In this document: positions 1 through 12,100 of the stretch, piece after piece
Layout: each line of letters begins with the position of its first letter
How positions within the stretch are numbered: the first letter of the stretch is position 1
Program-made: the position numbers and the translations under genes
Source: Octopus sinensis
Lineage: Eukaryota
Assembly (NCBI RefSeq): GCF_006345805.1
Contig: NC_043005.1
Span: 65,534,001-65,598,000 of the forward strand
Length of the DNA stretch: 64,000 nucleotides
Direction: 5' to 3'
Notes under the pieces: model-generated
Told to the model about the DNA's origin: nothing
What the model saw: only the letters and a program-made list of their open reading frames with translations
Database searches by the model: none

Positions 1-89
1 TGAACACCTGCTTTCATTTTCATTTTATAACATTACAAAAATAGAATACAAGTTTGTATTTGGAAAGTCATCAAAGTCTAGAGTCAAGG

Positions 90-95
90 TTTATT
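90..95 (-). promoter_or_regulatory. candidate polyadenylation signal AATAAA
   Basis: AATAAA on the minus strand about 20 nt after the DNAJC2 stop; use not demonstrable. Confidence 0.3.
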
Positions 96-116
96 GGTCA
101 TTAACAGCCATTATTG

Positions 117-185
117 TCATGTTCTCTTTGCTTTGGCAGCGGCAGACTGTGCCATTTTTTTGGCGCGTACCATTTCAACCAATTC
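117..185 (-). CDS. DNAJC2: DNAJC2 terminal coding exon 18 ([22 protein letters not shown], 69 nt)
   Basis: tttcag acceptor; ELVEMV.AKK conserved C-terminus; TGA at 119-117. Confidence 0.96.
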   Translation of the reverse strand, partial: ELVEMVRAKKMAQSAAAKAKRT

Positions 186-2944
186 CTGAAAAATAACAAA
201 ACAAATTTGAAATTTCCAAAGATTTGAATAATTAAAATTAGTTTTGTGGACAGAACATAAGAGAAATTAATCAAGGGAATATAGGAGAAAGAATCAACTG
301 ATATTTAAAATATCATCTGCTGCCCATAATTAGAATGAGAAAAAAATTCAGTTCACAATACTAGGGTACTAACCCATATGCAGCATAGTTCCACTAATCT
401 AGAACCCTTAAGTTCAGATTGTCAAATATGTGTTCAGTATATTGAAATTCAGTCTTAAATTTAAACACCAAAATCATTGTTTTTTTAATGAAATCATTAA
501 ATGGGTCTCAGTGTTTACTGACAGCAGTCTCAGAGTTTACTGATTTCTTTTCACTGAACAAATTAAGCCTTGTCATCTTTTTAAAGTGTCTAAACCATCA
601 AACTATTAATATACAACTCTCCATGATATCCTTATGTAACTGCTTGGTGTTTTCAATGATCACAGACACTGACATCAACATACTCTCCGATAGCTTTGAG
701 CTAAAGCACACGTATATAACACTGAATCTAGTTTAGGAAGATTTGATTTGTCTGTTTGTTGCACATTAACACAGTAAATCAGTCATAAGTTGTATCAAGT
801 GATCCCTTTGTTTCAAAGCTATAAATTACTGCAGAATGTATATCGTGTCTACACACAATAGTGGTCCAGTTTCACTTCTTTTCAACCATTATATCACTTC
901 AATTTATTAGTACAATGGAAATGTTAAATGTTTTCTTTTCACACCTTTCCTAAATTGGTTACTTTTATAAACTTTAGAAACTATGGATGGTCCTTCACAG
1001 GATTACTCATTTTTGCCAGGTGAGTGGATTGGAGCAAAATGAAATGAAGTGATTTGTTCAAGAACACAACATGTCGCCCTGGTCCTCAAGTCGAAACCAA
1101 TCTTATAATCATGAGTCCAACACACTAACCACTAAGTCATGCACCTCCACTGTATTGGTAGTGCATTTACTTAACGAGAAATGATGAATTAGGAATCATT
1201 ATATAAACAATGCAAGGACAAATGACTACCTTGTATCTTTTAATGCAGTCTTTCTTGCTGCGAGATGGAATATTAGCAGCTATCTTCTCCCACCGTTCAG
1301 GAACATCAGCTGGATAAGTTTTCAGAGATTGCTCCAACAACTTTTGTTCATCCGATGTCCATGGTGATGGGTTGGTTCCTTGTTCTCGCATCTGTTGCTC
1401 CACTACACCTGGAATGTTTGAAAATATGTGCTGTTTAATTATAAGTTATCCTGGATAAGTATCAAACAAATTTAGAAGGTAAGAAAATGGTCACAAGAAA
1501 AACCTTTGTACAAAATATATACAAAATGATTATTTGTTATAATTTTTAAAAAGTTTCAGTTTCCTTTATGAAGTAAGTAACATAAGCAAGGGTCAAGAAT
1601 TGAGACTTCCAAAGAATTTGGTTTTAACATTGTAAAAATGTTAAATTCCTCAATCAGTCTTTCATGTGAAAAACCAAGTAAACAACTACTAAATGCAAAA
1701 CAGACATTAAAAACTATTTAAATAGAAGAAAAGATAGTTTGGGTCATAGCTAGAAGATTCTTAAGCATGTCTGGAATTTAAAATTTATACAGGTAAAGTT
1801 CAAAGGTCACTTTCAAATTTACTTTCTATGCAGCATCATCATCATCATCATTATCATTAAACATGTTTTCCATGCTGGCAAGCTAAAGAGCTGCTATGTC
1901 TGTTTTGGCATGGTTTCTATGTGGATTGGTGCAATTCCTAATGCCAATCACTTTAAAGAGGATACTGGGTGCTTTTTCACAGCACCAACACCTACAAGCC
2001 CGGAAGAATAAGATCACTCAGCTGAAGAGGGATGCAGGGCACATGACAGTATGCAAAGACAATCACAATTTCACTTAGCTTGAAGCGTCTTCTGAAGCAG
2101 TTACAATAAATCAGACTAAATACGTTTTTTGTTTTCAAACATTGTAACACTACAGAAAAAGCCAGTCCATATTATAAATATTATACACAAAAATATTTTT
2201 TCCAAGATTTTATGCCCATAATTAGGGATATACATTATACATGAGTGCATATTGCATACATATTGCTGTGAAGTTTTTCAAACTACACAGGTAAAGTTCA
2301 AAGGTCACTTTCAGATTTATTTTCTATGCAGCAGAATATTGCAAAGAACAAGCAGACAATACATGTTTTCATGGTGAAAACAAGTATATCTTTTTTTATT
2401 TCATTTCATGCTTGGATTGTCGATACATCCTTAAACACATGTAAAGAATGAGAAGCACTTAATACTCAAACAGCAACAGGAAGCAAAAGTGAAGTCAACC
2501 AGAACTCAAAAATGAAGCTGGCTCATCAGCTTCTTCAAACTTACGGATCAAACAAAACAATTCAGAAGTAGCACTCACAGAGGTGAAACGAAACCACTAC
2601 TACCCAGAAAAATATCTTCAAACAGTGAAAACTGACTCCCCCACTTGCCAACTTTCAATGTCACAATACAGAACAGTTAATTTACCCAGGGTTTGAAAGC
2701 AAAAGCTAAAGAGCCTGAAATAAATACCAGTTTCAAGTTTTGGCACAAGGACAGCAATTTTGGGAGAGGGGGTAAGTCTATTAGATCGACCCCCAAGATT
2801 CAACTGGTATTTATTTTATTGACCCTGAAAGGATGAAAGGTAAAGTCGACCTCAGCAGCATTTGAACCCAGAAAGTAAAGATGGACAAAATGCTGCTAAG
2901 CAACTTGCCCAACACGGTAATACCACTGCCAGCTCACCACCTTC

Positions 2945-2989
<45 letters not shown>

Positions 2990-3251
2990 CAGCATCGTTT
3001 AACATCTGCTTTCCATGCTGTCATAATAGTAATAATAATCCTTCCTATTAAAGGCACAAGTCCTGAGATTTTGGGGTAGGGACCAGTCGATAACATCAAC
3101 CCCAGTGTTTCATTGGTACTTAATTTATCAACCCTGAAAGGATGAAAAGCCAAGTCAACCTCAGCGGAATTTCAGCTCGGAGCATAAAGGTGGACGAAAT
3201 GCCGCTAAGCATTTCACCTGGTGTGCTAATGATTCTGCCAGCTCACTGCCT

Positions 3252-3289
<38 letters not shown>

Positions 3290-6200
3290 CAGCATCGTTT
3301 AACATCTGCTTTCCATGCTGTCATAATAGTAATAATAATCCTTCCTATTAAAGGCACAAGTCCTGAGATTTTGGGGTAGGGACCAGTCGATAACATCAAC
3401 CCCAGTGTTTCATTGGTACTTAATTTATCAACCCTGAAAGGATGAAAAGCCAAGTCAACCTCAGCGGAATTTCAGCTCGGAGCATAAAGGTGGACGAAAT
3501 GCCGCTAAGCATTTCACCTGGTGTGCTAATGATTCTGCCAGCTCACTGCCTTTAATAATAATAATAATAATAATAATAGCAATAACAATAATCCTTTCTA
3601 TTATAGGCACAAGGCCTGAAATTTTGTGGAGCGAGGGATAGTCGATTACATTAATCCCAGTGCTCAACTGGTACTTTTTTCATCAACCCCAAATGAATGA
3701 AAGGTAAAGTTGACTTCAACAGTATTCGAACTCAGAACGTGAAGACAGACATAATGATATTAAGCATTTTGCTCAGCATGCTAACAATTCTGCCAGCTAG
3801 AATAATAGTAACATATATTAAATATAGAGTAATCAATACCAGGGGCCAGAGTATATAAATAATTAATTTTGTAAATTACAATCAATGTACCACAGCGGAT
3901 ACCATGGGGCGCATACTGTCGGGGTAGGTCTAGTGACAGTTATCAGTGAGATACTAACAGCATATCAGAGCTTATTGGTATTAGCTGAAAATAGCCAACG
4001 AAACGCGTTTCATTCAAAATGATAGTTGAAATTTTAGTTTCGTTTCACAATCTAAGGGAAATAACTCATGAACAGACATAAACCTAATTTCCCCCACTTA
4101 GGTGAATGGGACTGTGACGAGCTACAAGTTTACAACTGCTGAGGGGACATACCCAAATGCATACCCACACAGTTCTATAAGAAATGGTAATGACCGATGA
4201 TAAATGCAACTGATTAAGTGCACCCTTACTTACACATTGATATTTCAAAGATTTCTTTGGTGAACAGATGTGATTGCTGTTTGTCAGATGCATTTTTCTA
4301 GCATGTTTCCATCTCTTTAAGTTAGTAAATAACAGATTTTAAGGGTAAGGAACTAATGTAAGGGTCCACTTACTTTCATAGCGTTGGCTAATGCGACCTT
4401 CGGCTGGAACTGCACTGGAACAGCCTTTTGTATGATGCTTTTCAAAAACCTCAAATGCTTTCTTCTGAGCCTCTTCTTTCAAGGAAAAATCTATGAAAAG
4501 AAATATTAGGATAAGATATACAAATTATTTCTTTTTGGATTTGGTTTGCAAGATTCTTTATCTGAGTTCGTGTGTTGAAGCATATTCTGTTGTGTCTGGG
4601 GAGAGTCATTTTCGTTTTGTGCCTAACACACTCACCGGTAAAATTTCCACAAAAATTTTCGTTGCATCTTGCAACCTTTTCAATAGTCTTGACTCTTGAA
4701 AAGGTTGCAAGATGCAACGAAAATTTTAGGGAAATAAAAATAAGAAATAAGTGGAAATTTTACCGGTGAGTGTGTTACATTACAAGGCACAAAAAGAAAA
4801 TGACTCTCACCAGAATATACAAATTATAAACGCACATATCATTATCATCATCATAATTTAACATCTATCTTCCATGCTAGCATGCGTTGGATAGCTTGAC
4901 TGAGGGGTCTCAAGCTAGCATCTTGCTCCAATGCCTGAAAATTGCCTGGTTGATTGTAGATTAAGGCAGAACTATAAATGAAAAGCAGTATCAAATGTGA
5001 CATTTGCTTGAGAGAAAAATTTTGCTTTAAGGAAGTAACAGTTTGAAGAAAAGAACTGAACTGTTAGCAGCTTGTATACATGCAACTAAATCTCCTTTGT
5101 GTATGTACAAGCCTCCTTGACTTTCGACTATGTTTAAGGAGAAAAATGTTTGCTTCAAAATCTTTTCAAACACATTGTTTTTAACATATTGCTTATATAA
5201 CAATGCAATTTCGTAAGAGAATAACCCTTCAAGTGATTTCCCTCGTACGAGGCTTAAAGCCCAAATGATATGATTAGTTCAAATCTGATGGATACATACC
5301 TGCATACTAAATATTCCAAACTTAGTTCAATGATAACCCTCACTTTGCTAGCAGCACCCTTGAACATGTGTAGAATTCTTACAAATCATTCCTCTAATTA
5401 AGGTGTGCGTGCATGTGTGTGTGTGTGTGTGCGTGTGCGCGCGCGCATGCACGTGTGAGAACAGAGTTGAAAATTCCAAATAGCAAATTCAGCAAGCAGA
5501 AACTATAATTTTAAGAAGTACTTTACCATTCTTTTGTAATTCTTTAGCTTTCTTTAAAACATCTCTAGCTGTTTTTCTACTTCCTTCTACATGCTGGATA
5601 ATGAAATTCGCAATGACTTCCCATCTATAATTCAAAAAAGAAAAAATTCAAGAACTGAAAATTTAAGTTTTGTTTTTTTATCAAAGGTGTATCATGAAAC
5701 TGTCCTTCTTATTAATGTAATTTTAATGTCCATTTGTCTATCTTTGGATAAGTTATACATGTCTGCTGTACTCCATCACTTCAGATAACCTAATGCAAGA
5801 ACAAATAAATTAAGACGCCTCAGTAGAGTTTGAACTCTTGAAACAGTTAGTTGTCTAAAACACTGAGATATATCTGTCAGTTAATGAAACTACATTAAAT
5901 CTAAACAGATACTAACAATGTTCAAGCCATTAAATTGGTGTCATTCAATACTAATTCACTAATTATTTTTGAAACTAAATCTAGCTTCAGAGTATCTTTA
6001 ATGAACCTTAACTGCATGAAATATTGTGTACAATCCTGTAGGCATTATGCTACCTACTGCTTAATGGTCAATACATCAAATCAGCAGCATAGTGTCCCTT
6101 AGGATGGATGTCCAGTTGTTTCAATAATAACAGTTATACTACAGACATTACGATATAAAATGTGGGTTGAATCACACAAAAGAACACATTAACAGAAACA

Positions 6201-9131
6201 AGTGCAGACACTAAAGCGGACAAACCTATCTCTGGTACCAGCCGGAAATAAATTCACACCAGTCACCATAAACTGCATTTCAAGTTCAGTCCAGTCCTTG
6301 CTGACTTGGGAAACCTCATTGGACGACGGTTTCTGAAGTACTTCTAACTGCTTCTTTTTCTCTTCCTCCATTTGTTCCTTCAATTCCTTTACCTGCAATT
6401 AGGAAGAGAAACACAGGTATAACTAGAGAAAACATTCAAATATAGCAAAAAGGAAGGGGCTACATCTATTTAGCACAACCAACAAGTGTAACATGGGGAA
6501 CCAGATATTGTTTTAACGGTTAAGGTTTCTTCAACAACCATTTTACAAACAATAAGTCATTCAACTACATTACTGCAAATTTTTCTATTTGTTGTATACC
6601 TATTTCTTTACTGTCCACAAGCGGCTAAACATAGAGGTGACAAACGGATTAAGTCGATTACATCAACCCCAGAGCGTCACTGGTACTTAATTTATCGACC
6701 CCGAAAGGATGAAAGGTAAAGTCGACCTCGGCGGAATTTGAACTAAGAACGCAGCGGTGAACGAAATACCGCTAAGCATTGCGCCCGGCGTGCTAACGTT
6801 TCTGCCAGCTCACCGCCTTCTATTTGTTGTATACTATTTCTATTTGAATTAAGCAGACGAACCTATCTATCTATCTTTCTTGTATCTCAAGTGCTTCCAA
6901 TAATTTACTAAACCCTTTCCTGCCCAGTATTTCAATCCAGCCAAACTCCATTTCAATCCAAGTTTCTCTTTAAATGTAAATTACAATAACTGTACTAACC
7001 TCATTTAGCTATTCCTCTTTCTCAATTAATGCAGACCTGGAAAGCTAATGGACACTCCATGCTTTGTATACTTTTAAAAATACATATCAAAATGCTTTTT
7101 ACTGATTTAAAAACAGCAATCAAAAATAGCTGCATTTCTCTGGAGCCAATATAATACATCATATATTTATTTATCTATCTATTGTTATTGTAAAGAGTAT
7201 TGTTATTGTAAAGAGTATTGATATTACTATTATTAAAATGGTGGTGAGCTGGCAGAATTGTTAGCATACTGGGTGAAATGCTTAGCAGTATTTTGTTTGT
7301 TGCTACATTCTGAGATCAAATTCCACCAAAGTTGACTTTGTCTTTCATCCTTTTGGGGGGGGAGTCAATAAATTAAGTACCAGTCACATGCTGGGGTCGA
7401 TGTGATCGATTATCCTCCTCCCCACAAAAATCCAGGCCTTGCACGTATAGAAGAAAGGATTATTATTATTATTTAAGGTGGCAAACTGGCAGAATTGCAA
7501 GCACGCTGAGCAAAATGCTTAGTGGCATTTTATTCAACTTTACGTTTCTGAGTTCAAGTTCCACCAAGGCCAACATTTCCTTTCATCCTTCCAGAGTCCT
7601 GGATGTGTGTGTGTGTGCTTCTTTGTGTTTGTTTCCCACCACTGCTTGCCAACCAGTGTTAGTTTCTTTACATCCTCATAACTTAACAGGTTGGCAAGAG
7701 ACCAACAGAATAAGTACCATGCTAAAAAAAAGTAAAAAAGGACTGGGATCAATTTGTTCAACTAACCCCTTCAAGGCAGTTCCCCCAGCATAGCCACAGT
7801 TCAATGACTAAAACAAGTAACTGATAAAAGATGCAATACATACATATTCAAGAAAAGCCTTCTTGGCAACTTCTTTGTCTCCAGTATTTAATGCTTCATT
7901 CAGAGATTGCAATCTAGAAAACAAGAGAACATACATGAAATAAAATTAAAATTTATTTTAAACAAAACATATTTATTCTATATTGTCCACCAGATGCCTC
8001 AAATCATGTTAAATTTGGGGAAAACTGTAGAATGATAAAAAAAAAAAGGCATTAATGAAATTTCAGGAGTGGCTGTGTGGTAAGTAGCTTGATTATGAAC
8101 CACATGGTTCCGGGTTCAGTCTCACTGTGTGGCACCTTGGGCAAGTGTCTTCTACTATAGCCTCAGGCCGACCAAAGCCTTGTGAGTGGATTTGGTAGCC
8201 GGAAACTGAAAGAAGCCTGTCGTATATATGTACATATATATGTGTGTGTATGTATGTGTGTATATGTATGTGTGTGCATGTGTGTTTGTGTGTCTGTGTT
8301 TGCTCCCCCACCCCACATCGCTTGACAACCGATGCTGGTGTGTTTACGTCCCCGTAACTTAGCGGTTCGGCAAAAGAGACCAAGAGAATAAGTACTAGGG
8401 CTTACAAAGAATAAGTTCTGGGTTCAATTTGCTCGACTAAAGGCAGTGCTCCAGCATGGCCACAGTCAAATGACTGAAACAAGTAAAAGAGTAAAAGAGT
8501 GAAAGAGTAAATTCTATCAATGTACTTCTGTAGGACAGGTTCAACTTCCCCAACATCAAATAACCCAAGGACAACATAATCTTTGGAAAGTCATACCAAG
8601 AACAGAATCAAGCAGAATATGATCATGGAACTAATAAAACTATGCCTGATCAAGAGCTTTGCTAATAACACGGGATTCAGCAACAATCACAACAATGTAT
8701 ATATAGTTCAAAGGGATTCAAAGCTGTATGTCACACTAGAAGCATCATAAACCTATCTGCAAAGCTGACAGGAAATCACTACTAAATGAGATCTTGACCA
8801 CGAGCAAATGTGAGGAAGCATCATAGCCATGTGTTGAGAGGAATTCTTTGGGGATTGAATAATTCACCCTTGGAAACAAGGGGTATTTCATTCATCATCC
8901 TTAAACAAATCTTATTCAGAGACCTTTTGAGCAAGATGGGCTACTCGACCTGGAGAGAATTTTAACTGGGCCCCACCAGCAAGGTCATGCACTGTTTATC
9001 TTGATATGAGATCACCATGTTGTGCACATGCCTGATTTGCCCTTATCAGACGGGTAGTCATGAGGGGTATATTGAGCTTCGTATATTTGTATCCCAGTAT
9101 CACTTTGATGGCATGCACTGCTCTCTCACTC

Positions 9132-9164
<33 letters not shown>

Positions 9165-12100
9165 CACTATGTACAAAACCAAATATATGGCACCCTAGGC
9201 ATAACACCAACATGAACTTCCAACTTGTCTCTTGAGGTCTCTGGGTGAGACTTGGAGCCAACTTATACAAATGTAAAGCAAAAGTCAAACATAGAATAAT
9301 AATAATAATAATAATAATAATATCAACGCTAACGATAACAGACGGGTTTATTATCAATGAGGTGATACAAATGACAAAGAGGAAAATTTTGCACTTAACA
9401 ATACTCACCTTGTAACACTCAGAAGTTCAGCAAGTTTCTCAACTTCTTCCATATGATTAACTTTTTCACTTTCATTAGAAGCAAAATAATCATTCTCCTA
9501 AGAATAAAGATATCACAAGGCTGTAATAATATGTATAAACACAAGTCTGCCTATGTGTATATATTGTGAGGAGGGAGGGAGTATGTGGGGGGAGGGCTAG
9601 TGGATGATGTATGTGGTTAGGTGGGTGTGTCTCTTGTGTAGTCATAAGATTCCTTTAGAGTTACATGATTAGGAATTTGGTCTGATTGCATGGATGATGT
9701 TGGTTGATGTCTTCTACTTATAGCTGTGAGACAACCAATACATTGTAAGTGAAACCTATTTCTTTACTACCCACAAGGGGCTAAACACAGAGAGGACAAA
9801 CAAGGACAGACAAATGGATTAAGTCAATTATATCGACCCCAGTGCGTAACTTGTACTTATTTAATCGACCCCAAAAGGATGAAAGACAAAGTCGACCTCA
9901 GCAGAATTTGAACTCAGAACGTAGCAGCAGACGAAATACCTATTTCTTTACTACCCACAAGGAGCTAAACACAGAGGGGACAAACAAGGACAGACAAACG
10001 GATTAAGTTGATTATATCGACCCCAGTGCGTAACTGGTACTTATTTAATCAACCCTGAAAAGATGAAAGGCAGAGTCGACCTCGGTGGAATTTGAACTCA
10101 GAACATAGTGGCTGACGAAATACCATTAAGCATCTCGCCAGGCATGCTAATGTTTCTGCCAGCTCACCACCGTGAAACCGATACATGTACATGTGTATGC
10201 AAGAGTGAGTTCATATTGCCCCTTTGTTATCTTGCTTGGAATCAAGTGATGACTGGCATCAAGGAGGGCAGCCATCAGATGAAAACTACCTCACCGTAGT
10301 CTTGCCTGAACCATGCAAGCAGTGGGTGCAGCCGCTGGTTCTCCAGACCTCAGTAAAAAAAGTCCAACCCATGCCAGCATGGAAAACGGACGTTAAACGA
10401 TGATGATGATGATTATGGTCATGATCATGATCATCAATATGATGATGATTATTATGATTCAAACACACACACACATACATATATACACATATATAGAGAG
10501 AGAGAATATGTGAAAGAGATGGGGAGGCATGTGTATGTTTAGATAAACGTTTATGTAACTATATACACATACATACACAACGTTATGAGTGTATATGTTT
10601 GTGTGTATATACACAGAGCCAAGCAGACAGTACAAGCTTTTTGCCAAAGTTGGAGAAAAAACATTCACTACTACAAAGTAAATAAATGAAGCCCAAATAT
10701 TACTATCGAACTTTGAACCGTGAATTAAGCATTAGTTAGCAAAAATATTTTAGAGGCAATTATCACATAAAAATTAAGCTACAAATTTACCTTTAAGAAA
10801 AAAATAACTCCATTCCACTCAACTGTTTTAGGCAAGAAGACAATAAATGTTAAATCAAATTTACTTTGTTTGACATAGAATTTTACCTGTTCATTTTGAA
10901 GCACTTTTTTTATACTGAACAGTTTGATACAACTAAGTAAAATTAGTATCATCATGGCAGGAATCTGATCTATTTGTAGTTATGTACTAGTGTGATGAGG
11001 CTTAGACCAGTAGGATTATCTCGCTTTGTTTCTCATCAGAGGCTACTTAATTTTTCACCAGATGAACAACAAACAGCTAAATAGCCTCAAGAAAAACTAT
11101 ATTAATGCATTTCAAAAGTTTATCTTGAAATAAGCACTATCAACATCAAAGCACCATCCATTCGTGGCCGTTGCCAGCCTCACCTGGCCCCCGTGCCGGT
11201 GGCACATAGCACCATCCGTTCGTGGCCATTGCCAGCCTCGCCTGGCCCCCGTGCCGGTGGCACATAAAAGCACCATCTGTTCGTGGCCGTTGCCAGCCTC
11301 GTCTGGCTCCCGTGCCGGTGGCACGTAAAAAGCACCATCCGTCCGTGGCCGTTTGCCAGCTCCGTCTGGCACCTGTGCGGGTGGCACATAAAAAGCACCC
11401 ACTACACTCACGGAGTGGTTGGCATTAGGAAGGGCATCCAGCCATAGAAACACTGCCAGATCAGACTGGGCCTGATGCAGCCTTCTGGCTTCACAGACCC
11501 CAGTTGAACCGTCCAACCCATGCTAACATGGAAAGCGGACGCTAAATGATGATGATGATGATGATTACATTAGATCTAAACACAGGTAAATATTGCTTTT
11601 GCAGAGAATGTACAATGGTAAAGGAACTTAGTAATTTATATCAGTTTTTAATAAATTTAATTCAGCAATATTAACAGCCAAAAACATAGAGTCAGATTTT
11701 ACCTTAACAATATTCCTAAGAATTTTTTTCTCTTTCTTCAATACTTTCCGCAGAGCATCTTTCTCTTTTTTCACAGCAGCAGCCTTAAAAAAGACAATAC
11801 AAAGAAAAACACTGATTCATATTCTTTTTCAAAAGTTTTCTACAGAAAGTCAACTGAATGGTGGTTTATGGAAACCAAACTTAACAATGTTGCCCAATCA
11901 TTCTTACAGAGTTTAGTACTTCATAACCCTGTTTACTAAGCATATAATTGGTACTATACATAGGTAGGTATTGCTCACAGGCATAAGCAGTGATTTTTTT
12001 CTTTTTGTATCAGCTGATAGTCGTAAGTTGAAATCACTCAATGAACCAAATTTAATATATTAGTAGCATATCCAATAAGTCATTTCATGTCGCTCCAGTC

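Noticed and set aside
8064-8140. tRNA-like A/B boxes at SINE heads as tRNA genes
   Set aside because: No cloverleaf, and they continue into SINE bodies; no genuine tRNA or rRNA genes or CRISPR arrays found
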